Below are positions 1 through 13,300 of a DNA stretch of 32,075 nucleotides, piece after piece. Numbering within the stretch: the stretch's first letter is position 1; each line of letters opens with the position of its first letter. This stretch comes from Macrostomum lignano (taxonomy: Eukaryota): positions 1 to 32,075 of the forward strand of contig NIVC01004895.1 in NCBI GenBank assembly GCA_002269645.1, written 5' to 3'. The notes beneath the pieces were generated by a model. That model did no database searches and was not told where the DNA came from. It saw nothing but the letters and a program-made list of their open reading frames with translations. Position numbers and translations under genes: made by a program.

Positions 1-1231
1 CTATCTAATGTAACACTGCATTCTACCAAAAAATAAAAAATAAAATAAAATATTTCCTTTTCTTTTTACCTTTGTTTTTGCCATTTGCTTACTTTTTATG
101 TTTGTTTTGTTTTAAAAATTAGAAATTAAATTAAAAAATTTTTTAAATTTCTATTTTCGGTTTAACGATCTCAATTTCTCATAGATAGCCCGTAACCGTC
201 CCGTAATTGAAATATTGGCGCACAAAAATTGTTGTTATGTTGTAAAAAAGGTCTTTTATTGTCGCAAGGCAGGTAGTGGCGGGCGCACAACGGCGCACAC
301 GAGGGTTTTTGTGTCGCGCACGGCGCACAATTTTGGGAGAGGCCAAAATTTGTTCCGGCGCCACACTCTGCCACCTTCCTGACTATGGTGTCCTACTAGC
401 TCTCCTATCTACTCATCTCTTCTCTAGCACAATCCAATAACACATTGAGCCAAATTCTTCCCTGTCTTCCCCAAGTATAGTGGTCTTGGTATGTGGTAGT
501 CTTGGTCTTACACCAGATAGCCTAGGCTTAGTCCCTATCTTATTCTTAGCCTAAGGCTTAAGTTTAATATACTAAACCTAGGCTATAATATGTAATTAAA
601 AAATCATATTATTGTCAATTGATATGCTATATAACTAATGTCTATATATGTTTTATTGCTTTTATAGCTTTATAAGGCCCTATAAAACTTGGGATTAAAT
701 GAGTAAATAAAAATGATATGATCTAATAGTCTATAGTTTTTTAAATCTAATATAGGCTTAAAGGTTTTTTAGCTAGGCTTAAAGTAAATAATATAAATAA
801 ATTGGTTAGACCTAGGCCTAATTGTAATAAATATTAGTTTTCAAGTATAAATTAGACCTATTATAATTAAATCAACAAAATATTAATGCCTATGCAGGCT
901 CCTAAATATGCTATTTATATTAGACCTACAAGTTTATTAAACAACAATATTAGAAAAAAAATTTCCATTATTATGATTTTATTATCACAATATACTAAAT
1001 CTTAATACTCTAAGCCTAATCTAGTTTTTCCTAAATACTGTATAATGATACAGTAAATAAGTTTCTTATTTTGGATTAGAGTATAAATTCAAAGAGAAGT
1101 TTTAATTATAAATGCTAAAGATTATATACTAGTATGTCTATTCAATTTTAGTTCCATTACTAATCTATAATTAACCTCTTAAGCACTTCTCTTACTGGTT
1201 TTTTGTTCATGATTTGAACTCTAATACTAAG

Positions 1232-1394
1232 ATGGACCCAATTCTCGACTCTATAAAGCTTGTCTTAGAGGATGCTAGAAGCTTCACTAATGCATCATTT
1301 GCTGGAATGGATGCTGCTTCAGTGTGTCTTATAACTTTTGGGGCCACAGTTTTACTTTGCAGCATCATTAACTTTCTCTGTGACCCTGAGTATA
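1232..1394 (+). CDS. SGPL1: SGPL1 exon 1 (start, N-terminal transmembrane anchor)
   Basis: ATG at 1232; MDPILDSIK...[26 protein letters not shown]. Donor GTGAGT at 1395, phase 1, matches the exon 2 acceptor. Confidence 0.8.
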
Positions 1395-4300
1395 GTGAGT
1401 TTATTACAAAATTTCTTTTGTTACTTGTTTTAAAATACTAGCTGCTGAGTGTCACCTGGAATTCTATAAGTAGCTGCTGAGTGTCACCTGAGATTCTATA
1501 AGTAGCTGCTGAGTGTCACCTGGGATTCTATAAGTAGCTGCTGAGTGTCACCTGAGATTCTATAAGTAGCTGCTGAGTGTCACCTGGGATTCTATAAGTA
1601 GCTGCTGAGTGTCACCTGAGATTCTAAAAGTAGCTGCTGAGTGTCACTTGGGATTCTATAAGTAGCTGCTGAGTGTCACCTGGGATTCTATAAGTAGCTG
1701 CTGAGTGTCACCTGGGATTCTATAAGTAGCTGCTGAGTGTCACCTGGGATTCTATAAGTAGCTGCTGAGTGTCACCTGGGATTCTATAAGTAGCTGCTGA
1801 GTGTCACCTGGGATTCTATAAGTAGCTGCTGAGTGTCACCTGGGATTCTATAAGTAGCTGCTGAGTGTCACTTGGGATTCTATAAGTAGCTGCTGAGTGT
1901 CACCTGGGATTCTATAAGTAAGTAGCTGCGGAGTGTCACCTGGGATTCTATAAGTAGCTGCTGAGTGTCACCTGGGATTCTATAAGTAGCTGCTGAGTGT
2001 CACCTGGGATTCTATAAGTAGCTGCTGAGTGTCACCTGGGATTCTATAAGTAGCTGCTGAGTGTCACCTGGGATTCTATAAGTAGCTGCTGAGTGTCACC
2101 TGGGATTCTATAAGTAGCTGCTGAGTGTCACCTGGGATTCTATAAGTAGCTGCTGAGTGTCACCTGGGATTCTATAAGTAGCTGCTGAGTGTCACCTGAG
2201 ATTCTAAAAGTAGCTGCTGAGTGTCACTTGGGATTCTATAAGTAGCTGCTGAGTGTCACCTGGGATTCTATAAGTAAGTAGCTGCGGAGTGTCACCTGGG
2301 ATTCTATAAGTAGCTGCTGAGTGTCACCTGGGATTCTATAAGTAGCTGCTGAGTGTCACCTGGGATTCTATAAGTAGCTGCTGAGTGTCACCTGGGATTC
2401 TATAAGTAGCTGCTGAGTGTCACCTGGGATTCTATAAGTAGCTGCTGAGTGTCACTTGGGATTCTATAAGTAGCTGCTGAGTGTCACCTGGGATTCTATA
2501 AGTAGCTGCTGAGTGTCACTTGGGATTCTATAAGTAAGTAGCTGCTGAGTGTCACCTGGGATTCTATAAGTAGCTGCTGAGTGTCACCTGGGATTCAATT
2601 CATAATTCATCTATCAATTAATAATTTTTATCAACCGCCCACGCAGCTTTGTTGGAGCGAATGCGGACGTCCTTCTTTAAATTCGTGAAATCGCTGCCGC
2701 CGGTGAAAAAGCAGATACAGGCAAAGAAGCGCGAGTCGGTTGTAGAGGTAAAGAAGGCATTCGAAGCTGGCCACTCGAGTTCTAAGCATCCGGTGTTCAA
2801 GGAGCTACCAAAGAAGTCTATGACTCCAGTAAGTCAGTACTCGTCAGATAGGAAAAATTTTGATGATTTAATTCATATATAGATAATCCCTGTGTGCCAA
2901 TTCTAATCTCCACAGGCGGAGGTCATGGCTGTGGCTGCCGACTACAAAGCTGCCTCGGTGAATTGGACCAACGGCTCCGTCTCTGGCACCGTCTATCACG
3001 GCGGCGAGGAGCTCACCGATTTGAACGCAAAGGTGAGGCAGCTGCTAGGTCTAGAATTTGTGTTACTAACTTAGTGTTTGGGTTCTGTCTATCTATAAGC
3101 AGTTTATGAAATTCTACTCTGTAAACAATCGCCCAGGTATATAAAGAGTTCGCCTGGACCAATCCGCTCCATCCGGAAGTATTTAACGATGTGCGCCGCA
3201 TGGAGGCCGAGGTGGTCAGCATGACTTGTCAACTGTTCAACGGCGACGAGGAGGCTTGCGGATGCGTGAGTGAAAGCTCCGTTTGATTTATTCAAGTCTC
3301 TAGACCCACCTAGTGAGTCACCTGTGATTGGACAGCGGCTCATCGCTGATGGGATGGGGTAGAGCTAGGTCTATTGATTTTTTGCCCAGCCAGAACCTAT
3401 GATTGGACAGCGGCTCATGGGATGGGGTAGAAGTTTATTGATTATTTGGCCAGCCAGAACCTATGATTGGACAGCGGCTCCTGGGATGGGGTAGAAGTTT
3501 ATTGATTATTTGGCCAGCCAGAACCTATGATTGGACAGCGGCTCATGGGATGGGGTAGAAGTTTATTGATTATTTGGCCAGCCAGAACCTATGATTGGAC
3601 AGCGGCTCATGGGATGGGGTAGAAGTTTATTGATTATTTGGCCAGCCAGAACCTATGATTGGACAGCGGCTCATGGGATGGGGTAGAAGTTTATTGATTA
3701 TTGGGCCAGTCTGACCTGTGATTAAACTAAGGCTGAGTTATGGGGTAGATTTTTGTTGGTCGTTATTTTATGTTTTATGCGTTATTTTATGTTGTCATCA
3801 AAGTCGTTATAGCGCAATGAACAGCATGCACTGTTTTCTATATTTGTGCTGGCGCAAACCGCTTTAACCTTAAATGAAAATTTCACCCAGTGCAGGCAAG
3901 CGCTTTAGTCAATAATGTCATTACAGTAAACTGGACAGAGGCAGACCGCACTAAAACGCAACTAATTTGGTTCGTCCTGCGTCACTGGGCCCGAAATTTT
4001 CTTAGTAGGTTTCGGGCAAACTCTGCTTGCGTTTGTCTGTCTTTGTCAATTTTATCTGATTAGAAGCCTGAAGCCTGTGGCATGCTCTTCTTAGTCCTTA
4101 CAGTCCTTATCTTTCTGTGTCTTTCTGCGCTCGATGAAAGTTTCACTTTCTCAACTGAAACACTTCACACATTTTCTACCGAATTTCCCGGCAAAAATGG
4201 AAGCTCCAATGATAAATTTTAATTCTTTTTCATGCGTAACTACTCACTCACATCTGAGTAGTAAGTCGGGACTGTCACTGTAACTTGTTTTTAGTATGTG

Positions 4301-7300
4301 AGCTGGGTGTCTTTAGTATGGCAGCTGGGTGTCTTTGGTATGGGAGTTGGGTGTCTTTAGTATGGCAGCTGGGTGTCTTTGGTATGGGAGTTGGGTTTCT
4401 TTAGTATGGGAGTTGGGTGTCTTTAGTATGGGAGTTGGGTGTCTTTAGTATGGCAGCTGGGTGTCTTTAGTATGGCATCTGGGTGTCTTTAGTATGAGAG
4501 CTGGGTGTCTTTAGTATGGGAATTGGGTGTCTTTAGTATGGCATCTGGGTGTCTTTAGTATGGCATCTGGGTGTCTTTAGTATGGGAGTTGGGTGTCGTT
4601 AGTATGGCAGCTGGGTGTCTTTAGTATGGCAGCTGGGTGTCTTTAGCATGGGAATTTGGTGTCTTTAGTATGGCATCTGGGTGTCTTTAGTATGGGAGTT
4701 GGGTGTCTTTAGTATGGCAGCTGGGTGTCTTTAGTATGGCAGCTGGGTGTCTTTAGTATGGCAGCTGGGTGTCTTTAGTATGGGAGTTGGGTGCCTTTAG
4801 TATGGGAATTGGGTGTCTTTAGTATGGCATCTGGGTGTCTTTAGTATGGGAATTGGGTGTCTTTAGTATGGGAATTGGGTGTCGTTAGTATGGGAGTTGG
4901 GTGTCGTTAGTATGGGAGTTGGGTGTCGTTAGTATGGGAGTTGGGTGTCTTTAGTATGGGAGTTGGGTGTCGTTAGTATGGGAGTTGGGTGTCTTTAGTA
5001 TGGCATCTGGGTGTCTTTAGTATGGGAGTTGGGTGTCGTTATTATGGGAGTTGGGTGTCTTTAGTATGGGAGTTGGGTGTCTTTAGTATGGCAGCTGAGT
5101 GTCTTTAGTATGGCAGCTGGGTGTCTTTAGTATGGGAGTTGGGTGTCTTTAGTATGGGAGTTAGGTGTCTTTAGTATGGGAGTTGGGTGTCTTTAGTATG
5201 GCAGCTGAGTGTCTTTAGTATGGCAGCTGGGTGTCTTTAGTATGGGAGTTGGGTGTCGTTAGTATGGGAGTTGGGTGTCTTTAGTATGGGAGTTGGGTGT
5301 CTTTAGCATGGGAGTTGGGTGTCTTTAGTATGGGAATTGGGTGTCTTTAGTTTGAGAGCTGGGTGTCTTTAGTATGAGAGCTGGGTGTCTTTATATGCAG
5401 AAGGGTGTCTTTATTTAGAATAAGATCTAGACTAGCTTACATTTGGCTCATACTTAAGATTTTCGGCACAAAAATTATAGTCTTGAGGATCTCACAGAAA
5501 GCAGATTAAAACTAATAAATTAGATAATAAAAGGCACACTCGATTGATCAAGTTAGTCAAAGATCGCAGCCCAGAACCCCCCCCCCACGCGATTCGACTG
5601 CAAGCGTGACGGTTGACTTCCGTTAAATTTCAAGCAGATTTTTCTGAGCGGCACTTCACACTTTCTAGTGGCATCAAATGTTAATAGTTTCCAGAGAATT
5701 TCACTTTGCGTGATCCGTGAAACGCGGATTAATCATTGTTTGGCACGTTCAGATTATGAACTTTAATACGACAGCCAAATTATTTGTCATGCCATTCCTA
5801 AATAATTTTTTCAGACAACCTCAGGAGGCACCGAGAGCATCCTGATGGCTTGTCTCGCTTACCGAAACCTGGCTTTCGACAAGGGCATTCGTTATCCGCA
5901 AATGTGAGCTCGAACATACAGAGGCAATTTATTTTAATTTATTATTTTATGGAATAAACAGTGCTTTAGTCTGTAGCTTTTTTTTCAGAGTTGCCCTGGT
6001 ATTTGAATCAGCAAATTTCCACCTAAATCCCCCTAGAGCTCTATGAAAATTACTTATGAAAGTCCATGAAATAGGGTTGTCCAGCGTAATGTAGGACTGA
6101 TGCTGATGTAAATAAAATTTTAATGCTTCGCTCGGACAACCCACGCGCGAGAATCGCCCATAGAACCCATGAGAATGCCCATAAAACCCATGAGAATGCC
6201 CATAGAACCCATGAGAATGCCCATAGAACCCGCGAGAATCGCCCATAGAACCCATGAGAATCGCCCATGAGAATGCCCATAGAACCCATGAGAATGCCCA
6301 TAGAACCCATGAGAATCGCCCATAGAACCCATGAGAATAGCTAATCGAATCACCCATAGAACCATGAGAATAGCTAATCGAATCACCCATAGAAACCCAT
6401 GAGAATAGCTAATCGAATCGCCCATAGAACCCATGAGAATCGCCCATAGAACCCATGAGAATCGCCCATAGAACCCATGAGAATGCCCATAGAACCCATG
6501 AGAATGCCCATAGAACCCATGAGAATCGCCCATAGAACCAATGAGAATCGCCCATAGAACCCATGAGAATGACCATAGAACCCATGAGAATGCCCATAGA
6601 ACCCATGAGAATACCCATAGAACCCATGAGAATGCCCATAGAACCCATGAGAATCGCCCATAGAACCCATGAGAATGCCCATAGAACCCATGAGAATGCC
6701 CATAGAACCCATGAGAATGCCCATAGAACGCATGAGAATGCCCATAGAACCCATGAGAATGCCCATAGAACCCATGAGAATCGCCCATAGAACCCATGAG
6801 AATGCCCATAGAACCCATGAGAATGCCCATAGAAACCCATGAGAATCGCCCATAGAACCCATGAGAATAGCTAATCGAATCACCCATAGAACCCATGAGA
6901 ATAGCTAATCGAATCACCCATAGAAACCCATGAGAATAGCTAATCGAATCACCCATAGAACCCATGAGAATAGCTAATCGAATCACCCATAGAAACCCAT
7001 GAGAATAGCTAATCGAATCACCCATAGAACCGCATGAGATTAGCCAATAGAACCCATTTAAGTTTATTTTTAAATTTAGATAATTGAACGCCTATTTCTT
7101 GTAGCATTTAACCCAGAAACCAACCCAGCTACTCCAATCCAGAAATTTAGAAACTCCAGATGGATCATATTAAAACTTTTCTAGAGAACTTTCTTGAGTT
7201 TTCATTCACCCAGTTGGAACCTGAACCCGAAAAGAGCTCAGGATCTGCTTTAACTTTTTATAATGCAGACTTGAGCAACTAAGACTTGCTGAATAATAGC

Positions 7301-10300
7301 TCGGTCGCTACAATCCTAGTTTGAGTAAGGCTTCGAATAGTGCTTGCTTGAGCAGCTGGCTGCAGCTGCTGAGGCTGCTACTGTAGTTTAGATAGAAATT
7401 ATGAGTTGAAAAAATAAAGTTTCGGTTTCATCTGCCTCTCACCTTTCGCAACTTTCTTTCATTTTTTTCTCTCGTTTGCGGCACGCAATTTGCGGATCTT
7501 TTTTGGCCTTAAACTGGGGCCAGTGTTTATAATCCTTGCTCTAGGCCTTTCAAAATACGAGTATACGAGTACCCCCATATTTTCTGAGTCTCTTTCTCGC
7601 TTATTTAGGGAGTAGTAAAGCCAAAGACTTAATTATTCACCATGTCGACGTTTCCTACAACTATAGAAGTTTGTCCCACACTCACTGAACCTGCCTCAGT
7701 CCCACACTCACTGAACCTGCCTCTGTCCCACACTCACTGAACCTGCCTCTGTCCCACACTCACTGAACCTGCCTCTGTCCCACACCCACTGAACCTGCCT
7801 CTGTCCCACACTCACTGAACCTGCCTCTGTCCCACACCCACTGAACCTGCCTCTGTCCCACACTCACTGAACCTGCCTCTGTCCCACACTCACTGAACCT
7901 GCCTCTGTCCCACACCCACTGAACCAGTTCTTACACTTTTCCTGCCCTCTCTTTCCTCTCGCTTGATTCTTGAATCTGCTTCTCTGCCGTTAGTCCAAGC
8001 CAGGGAAATGTTCAAACAGTGTGCTGAAATACTTAAGTTTATCATTTGTAATTAAATGGCGATGACTGCTCAGGGCCTCCTTATCCATGTTTGGTGCTAA
8101 TATCCTGAATGAAACCGAAACTCCACCCCTCTCTGTCAAATGATGATTCGTTTTTTTAAGAATTGCAGCAGAAAGCTTCAAATTTCAATCCGTACTTGTG
8201 TGTACACTAGACTGTGTGCTCATCCATTATGCATTGCAGTGCCAAGGTTGACAGTCTAATTAGATAAGCGCTTGAGGGGAGTTCAAATATAATTTTTTTC
8301 TCTTCAAGTCTTTCGATCGGCCCCCTTTTTGGGCGTCTGCCGGCTTACTGAGGGCTGTTGACTCTGTCTGTTTGCATTTCTAAATTATAATCATGTACTA
8401 CTGACTATACTGGAATAGGCCCTACTGTTCTGTAGTTTTGATAAAGTCTCTCTTTATCCTTCTGTTTAGGTCTAAATATCTAGTTTTAATTCTCACTTGT
8501 TGCTTATGCATTGCAGGATTGTGTCCACCACAGCTCATGCCGCGTTTGATAAGGTGAATATTTTGCATGCACCCTTTGATTTGATTTACCCTTGATTTTA
8601 TTGATAACTCCCCCCGGTTAGCCAAGGGCACTAATAAGGTGACGAGGCAATAATGTATGCCGCCTTTTACCTATGCAGCCTAGCTCACCTATCAAACTTG
8701 TGTTTTTCATTTCATAAACTCGCTGCTCAGGCCGCTCACTACCTGAGGATTCGAATTGTTCACGTGCCATCTAAGCCGGATGGCCGAGTGGACGTTGCGG
8801 CTATGCGATCAGCTATTAATAAGAACACCTGCATGGTAATGGATGGCAGCATGTGTAATGTACTGTGCTGAATTTAATGGTAACTGACATAAATTATTAG
8901 TGGTATTACTCATTTCAGCTTGTCGGCAGCACGCCATCCTATTCTCATGGAATTATTGATCCCATTGGAGAAATAGCAAAGGTGAGCTATGCTTGCTGGG
9001 AGCGCTGACGGTTGATATTTGGGGGGGGGCGCCACTGTTAATGCTGGCAGCGCTACTGTGAATGCTGGTAGGGCCACTGTGAATGCTGGTAGCGCGCCAC
9101 TGTGAATGCTGGTAGCGCGCCACTGTGAATGCTGGTAGCGCGCCACTGTGAATGCTGGTAGCGCGCCACTGTGAATACTGGTAGCGCGCCACTGTGAATA
9201 CTGGTAGCGTGCCACTGTGAATGCTGGTAGCGCCACTGTGAATGCTGTTAGCGCCACTGTGAATGCTGGTAGCGCGCCACTGTGAATGCTGGTAGCGCGC
9301 CACTGTGAATGCTGGTAGCGCGCCACTGTGAATACTGGTAGCGTGCCACTGTGAATGCTGGTAGGGCCACTGTGAATGCTGGTAGCGCGCCACTGTGAAT
9401 GCTGGTAGCGCGCCACTGTGAATGCTGGTAGCGCGCCACTGTGAATGCTGGTAGCGCGCCACTGTGAATGCTGGTAGCGCGCCACTGTGAATGCTGGTAG
9501 CGCGCCACTGTGAATGCTGGTAGCGCGCCACTGTGAATGCTGGTAGCGCGCCACTGTGAATGCTGGTAGCGCGCCACTGTGAATGCTGGTAGCGCGCCAC
9601 TGTGAATGCTGGTAGCGCGCCACTGTGAATGCTGGTAGCGCGCCACTGTGAATGCTGGTAGCGCCACTGTGAATGCTGGTAGCGCCACTGTGGTATCTGG
9701 GGCACCATTTTCAATGCTGTGTAAGCGCCGGCTTTTGGTATTTGGGTGCGCGAACTATTTTATAACGAAACTCTGTGACAACACATAGTCAGACCCTGAG
9801 CCCTGGCAAACTGTTTACTTTCTCTGCTGCTCTCGTTAGTATCAGAGAAATTATTTAATTTAAACACTTGCAAGTATCTGCGTTGTTGAGTCTTGTTGAC
9901 AGAGATTGGCCCCGGTGGCTGCAGCAGGATGTGCATACAGCTCTTATAGGCAGCTCTAGGGGAATATTTCGTGTTGCTTGAGTTCAATTCAAATATTAAA
10001 AAAACGATTTTGCTCTTGGTGGGCGCGGCCATTCCGCTGCAAGTACGGGATGTTGACTGGATGGGGCGGCATGTCGGCCATAGTGGCACCCGATGTCTAA
10101 GAAACGCTCCAGAGCAAGCCTCCTAAAAGCAAGACAATGGCTTTTTAAACTGAAGAAAAGATTTAAAAAGAAAAAGTAAAATTTATTTTAAACAAGTAAT
10201 GTCACTTTTTTAGCCTAATAATAAAATATAATGTATAAGTTTTTACTAATTAGTTATTAAACTAATTAGCACCTATCTAATTTTGTAAGTAAGTAATGAA

Positions 10301-13300
10301 TCATCATCCTCAGACTGAATTCTCTGAGTCTGCATCTTCTGTTTTAGCACTATTTTTTTGTACTGAGAACCTCGGATAGACCCCGAAGAGGCAATGTCAT
10401 CAATTAGCAGGTGTTATTAGCGACAGCTAATTTGTCAGCGTAACTGGGCATGTGCTTTGTTTGCCCTTAGGCAGTCGCAAGATAATTAGATACGGAGAAC
10501 TTTTCTCTTGTGCTCCTTGGCTGTTTTTAGAGTGCCTGGCAATACTACCTTTATCGAAGGCATCCTACTGTTATTGAAGGCATCCTACTGTTATTGAAGG
10601 CATCCTACTGTTATTGAAGGCATCCTACTGTTATTGAAGGCATCCTACTGTTATTGAAGGCATCCTACTGTTATTGAAGGCATCCTACTGTTATTGAAGG
10701 CATCCTACTGTTATTGAAGGCATCCTACTGTTATTGAAGGCATCCTACTGTTATTGAAGGCATCCTACTGTTATTGAAGGCATCCTACTTTTATTGAAGG
10801 CATCCTACTGTTATTGAAGGCATCCTACTGTTATTGAAGGCATCCTACTGTTATTGAAGGCATCCTGCTGTTATTGAAGGCATCCTACTGTTATTGAAGG
10901 CATCCTACTGTTATTGAAGGCATCCTACTGTTATTGAAGGCATCCTACTGTTATTGAAGGCATTCTACTGTTATTGCACACCTGGTCACCCCACAGAGTG
11001 GGTCTGCCGTACTTCTGGTCTGTTCTATACTTTTTCTTTGTATTCTTCTGTAGGCTAGACAGCCACTTTTCCAGACCGTCTTCATGCTCCACGGTAATCT
11101 CGGTACCTTGCTAACGAAAACATAATTCGTTAAATAATCATGATCTTTCGAGAGTCCCGGGACTCTCAAATCTCAGAAGTTGTTAGTCCAGCATTAGTCT
11201 AAAGAAAAGTACTTGCAAAAAAATCTCTTATAATTAGATTCGTCCAGTTTTCGGCTTTCAATTCTGTTCATTAAGTAGAAAGTTGCTAATTTATATGCAA
11301 GTTTTTTTCTGTTACTGAAACAAGTTTGTGGAATGATTGATTATGCTTATTCGCACACGAACTTGTCGACATAATGAAAGAATAGGAAACTATACTTCAT
11401 CTTGTGCCTTTATAATTAACGCTCAGGGGTCACACCGTATGTTTGAGTATTCAGTTCGTAAAGGACTAAATGATTCAGTGTTTTAAGTCAATAAACTAAT
11501 GCGCTAACTACCTCATAAGCCTTCATTACAATAACATCTGTTCCCAAATTTCGTTTTCGAATCTTTCGAGAATTATTTCGAGTTGAGCGCATTAATTGTT
11601 TATAGTTCTTGTATTTCCTGTTTATCTTGTCTTTCGCTTAAGTAGACTTACCGCCTACTTGCCTTAATAGAAGGAATACCAAGTAGCATTTCCGCCCGTC
11701 GAACTACCATCGGGGGAATCCCATCGACAAACAATTTTGTTTGCTGCGCCAGAACGGAGCAAAGCAAGCACACGAAATTCAAGAACACGCTCCATAGTCA
11801 CCTGGTGCCACCTGTTGAGGGTCCAGAAACTCCGCTTGGGTGAATGCAAGTGACCAACGAAGTCCTTTGGTCAATGTTAAGATACGTTTGGTCGATGTGC
11901 TGATAAAATCTCGAGGCTTTACAAAGCCGCACTGAGACGCAGTGCTGATTGGCGAACAGAGGTGTACTGAATTACACTAGCGCTTGTGGAAAAAATCCGG
12001 ACCTGGCCGAATCGTTGACTCTATCTCTGAGACAAGTCTACAGTTTTTTTAAGCACGAGTAAGCTTACAAGCCGATGTTTATATATTATGATAAAAACAA
12101 ACGCATGACAAATTCATCAGCGCTATGGGTCTTATAACAACGTACATACATGTACTGCACTACATATTTATTATTACGATGGGTTTAAAAGAATTTTACA
12201 CTCTAAGAACATAAGAAAAGGTCACCGCGCTCAATCAAAGAATTGGTCAGTAAAGTCAAAAGAATAGTACATCGAGCACTCAGTGTACACTCGCTGAGTT
12301 ACACGATCCGACAATCTCGACAGTCCGGATGGCTTGCGACTTGATTATTGTTTGAGAAGGTGCGCAACAAAAAGCTAGCGTTGTTCCGTTCCATCGCAGT
12401 AAAAACTGGGGGATTCCCGCCCTTGGCATACTTCTACTGTCAATGTAGTATTGGTTTTTCCATGATACAAGCTATTTTTTGACTCAGAAATTCGAATGAA
12501 AGACAATCAAGCCTGGAATCGGGCAAGCTTGATCAACTTCGCGGCCATAAATGGCAAGTTTGGATGTCCAACTGCAGGCTTGCTTGTTCTCAGTCAGAAA
12601 TTTGCGTGTTGTCTATGGCCCAACCCATACGAGCGTATTTGTTCTATAGGCTTTCAACTTTGCATGTCCGTTTACTTAGCATGTAACTTAGCATTACGAA
12701 ACCGAATGTAATCCACTTTGCCTGTGCGCCTCGTCTATTCCCCCAGTGTTAAATGAGCGGTGATAATCAGTAGCGTAACTCTGCTACCATAGACAAACCA
12801 ACGAGATGGATAGACATGGATAGCGGAGATAACCCATTATCTCCGCCGGAGTCGCACATGCCGTGGATTACATACAAAGAATCGTCTGATACTAGGAGAT
12901 GAGCCATAGACCGAAACGAAAGATGAGCCATGAGCCATAGACTGAGCCTTACCAATATAATCGTCTCTGCCTCTTTGGCACATTTTTTTGCTTGACCATC
13001 GCTAAATTCTCAACGTCTTTAAACTAGAAGCATTATCTTAAGAGCAATCAATGCGACCCTCTCACTGTCCTCTGAAGCTGGTTAACATCCTACCGATTGT
13101 CGACCTCTTTCCGTTTGTCTTCTTTCGGTGTTTTTGCGGACACTCGAGTTAGTCTGTACTCTATTTCAATGTCTGTACCGAATAATCGGATTTGCCCGCT
13201 TTTTCTCTTAGAGATTAGGAGATTTCTAACCTCATTTGAAGACAATCAATTTTTAATTTAAACAACTTGAGTGCTAGCCGCCTAGTTTTACTAAAAATTC

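Noticed and set aside
1214-1231. TTG start of the supplied ORF 1214..1441
   Set aside because: In a eukaryotic gene the in-frame ATG at 1232 is the plausible start; the ORF's tail past 1394 is intronic.
5555-5575. AGATCGCAGC resembling the antisense 28S rRNA 3' region
   Set aside because: Only about 10 nt match and the flanks are unrelated.
5947-7025. Long ORFs (e.g. 301 aa, [14 protein letters not shown] repeats)
   Set aside because: They are translations of the 21-bp minisatellite in intron 5 and are open in several frames only because of periodicity.
7080-7660. Minus-strand Q/A-rich coding-like text in intron 5 ([17 protein letters not shown]...)
   Set aside because: It is short, stop-interrupted and low-complexity, with no recognisable domain.
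8910-9714. 237-253-aa minus-strand ORFs ([19 protein letters not shown])n
   Set aside because: They are artefacts of the 23-bp array and overlap SGPL1 exon 8 antisense.
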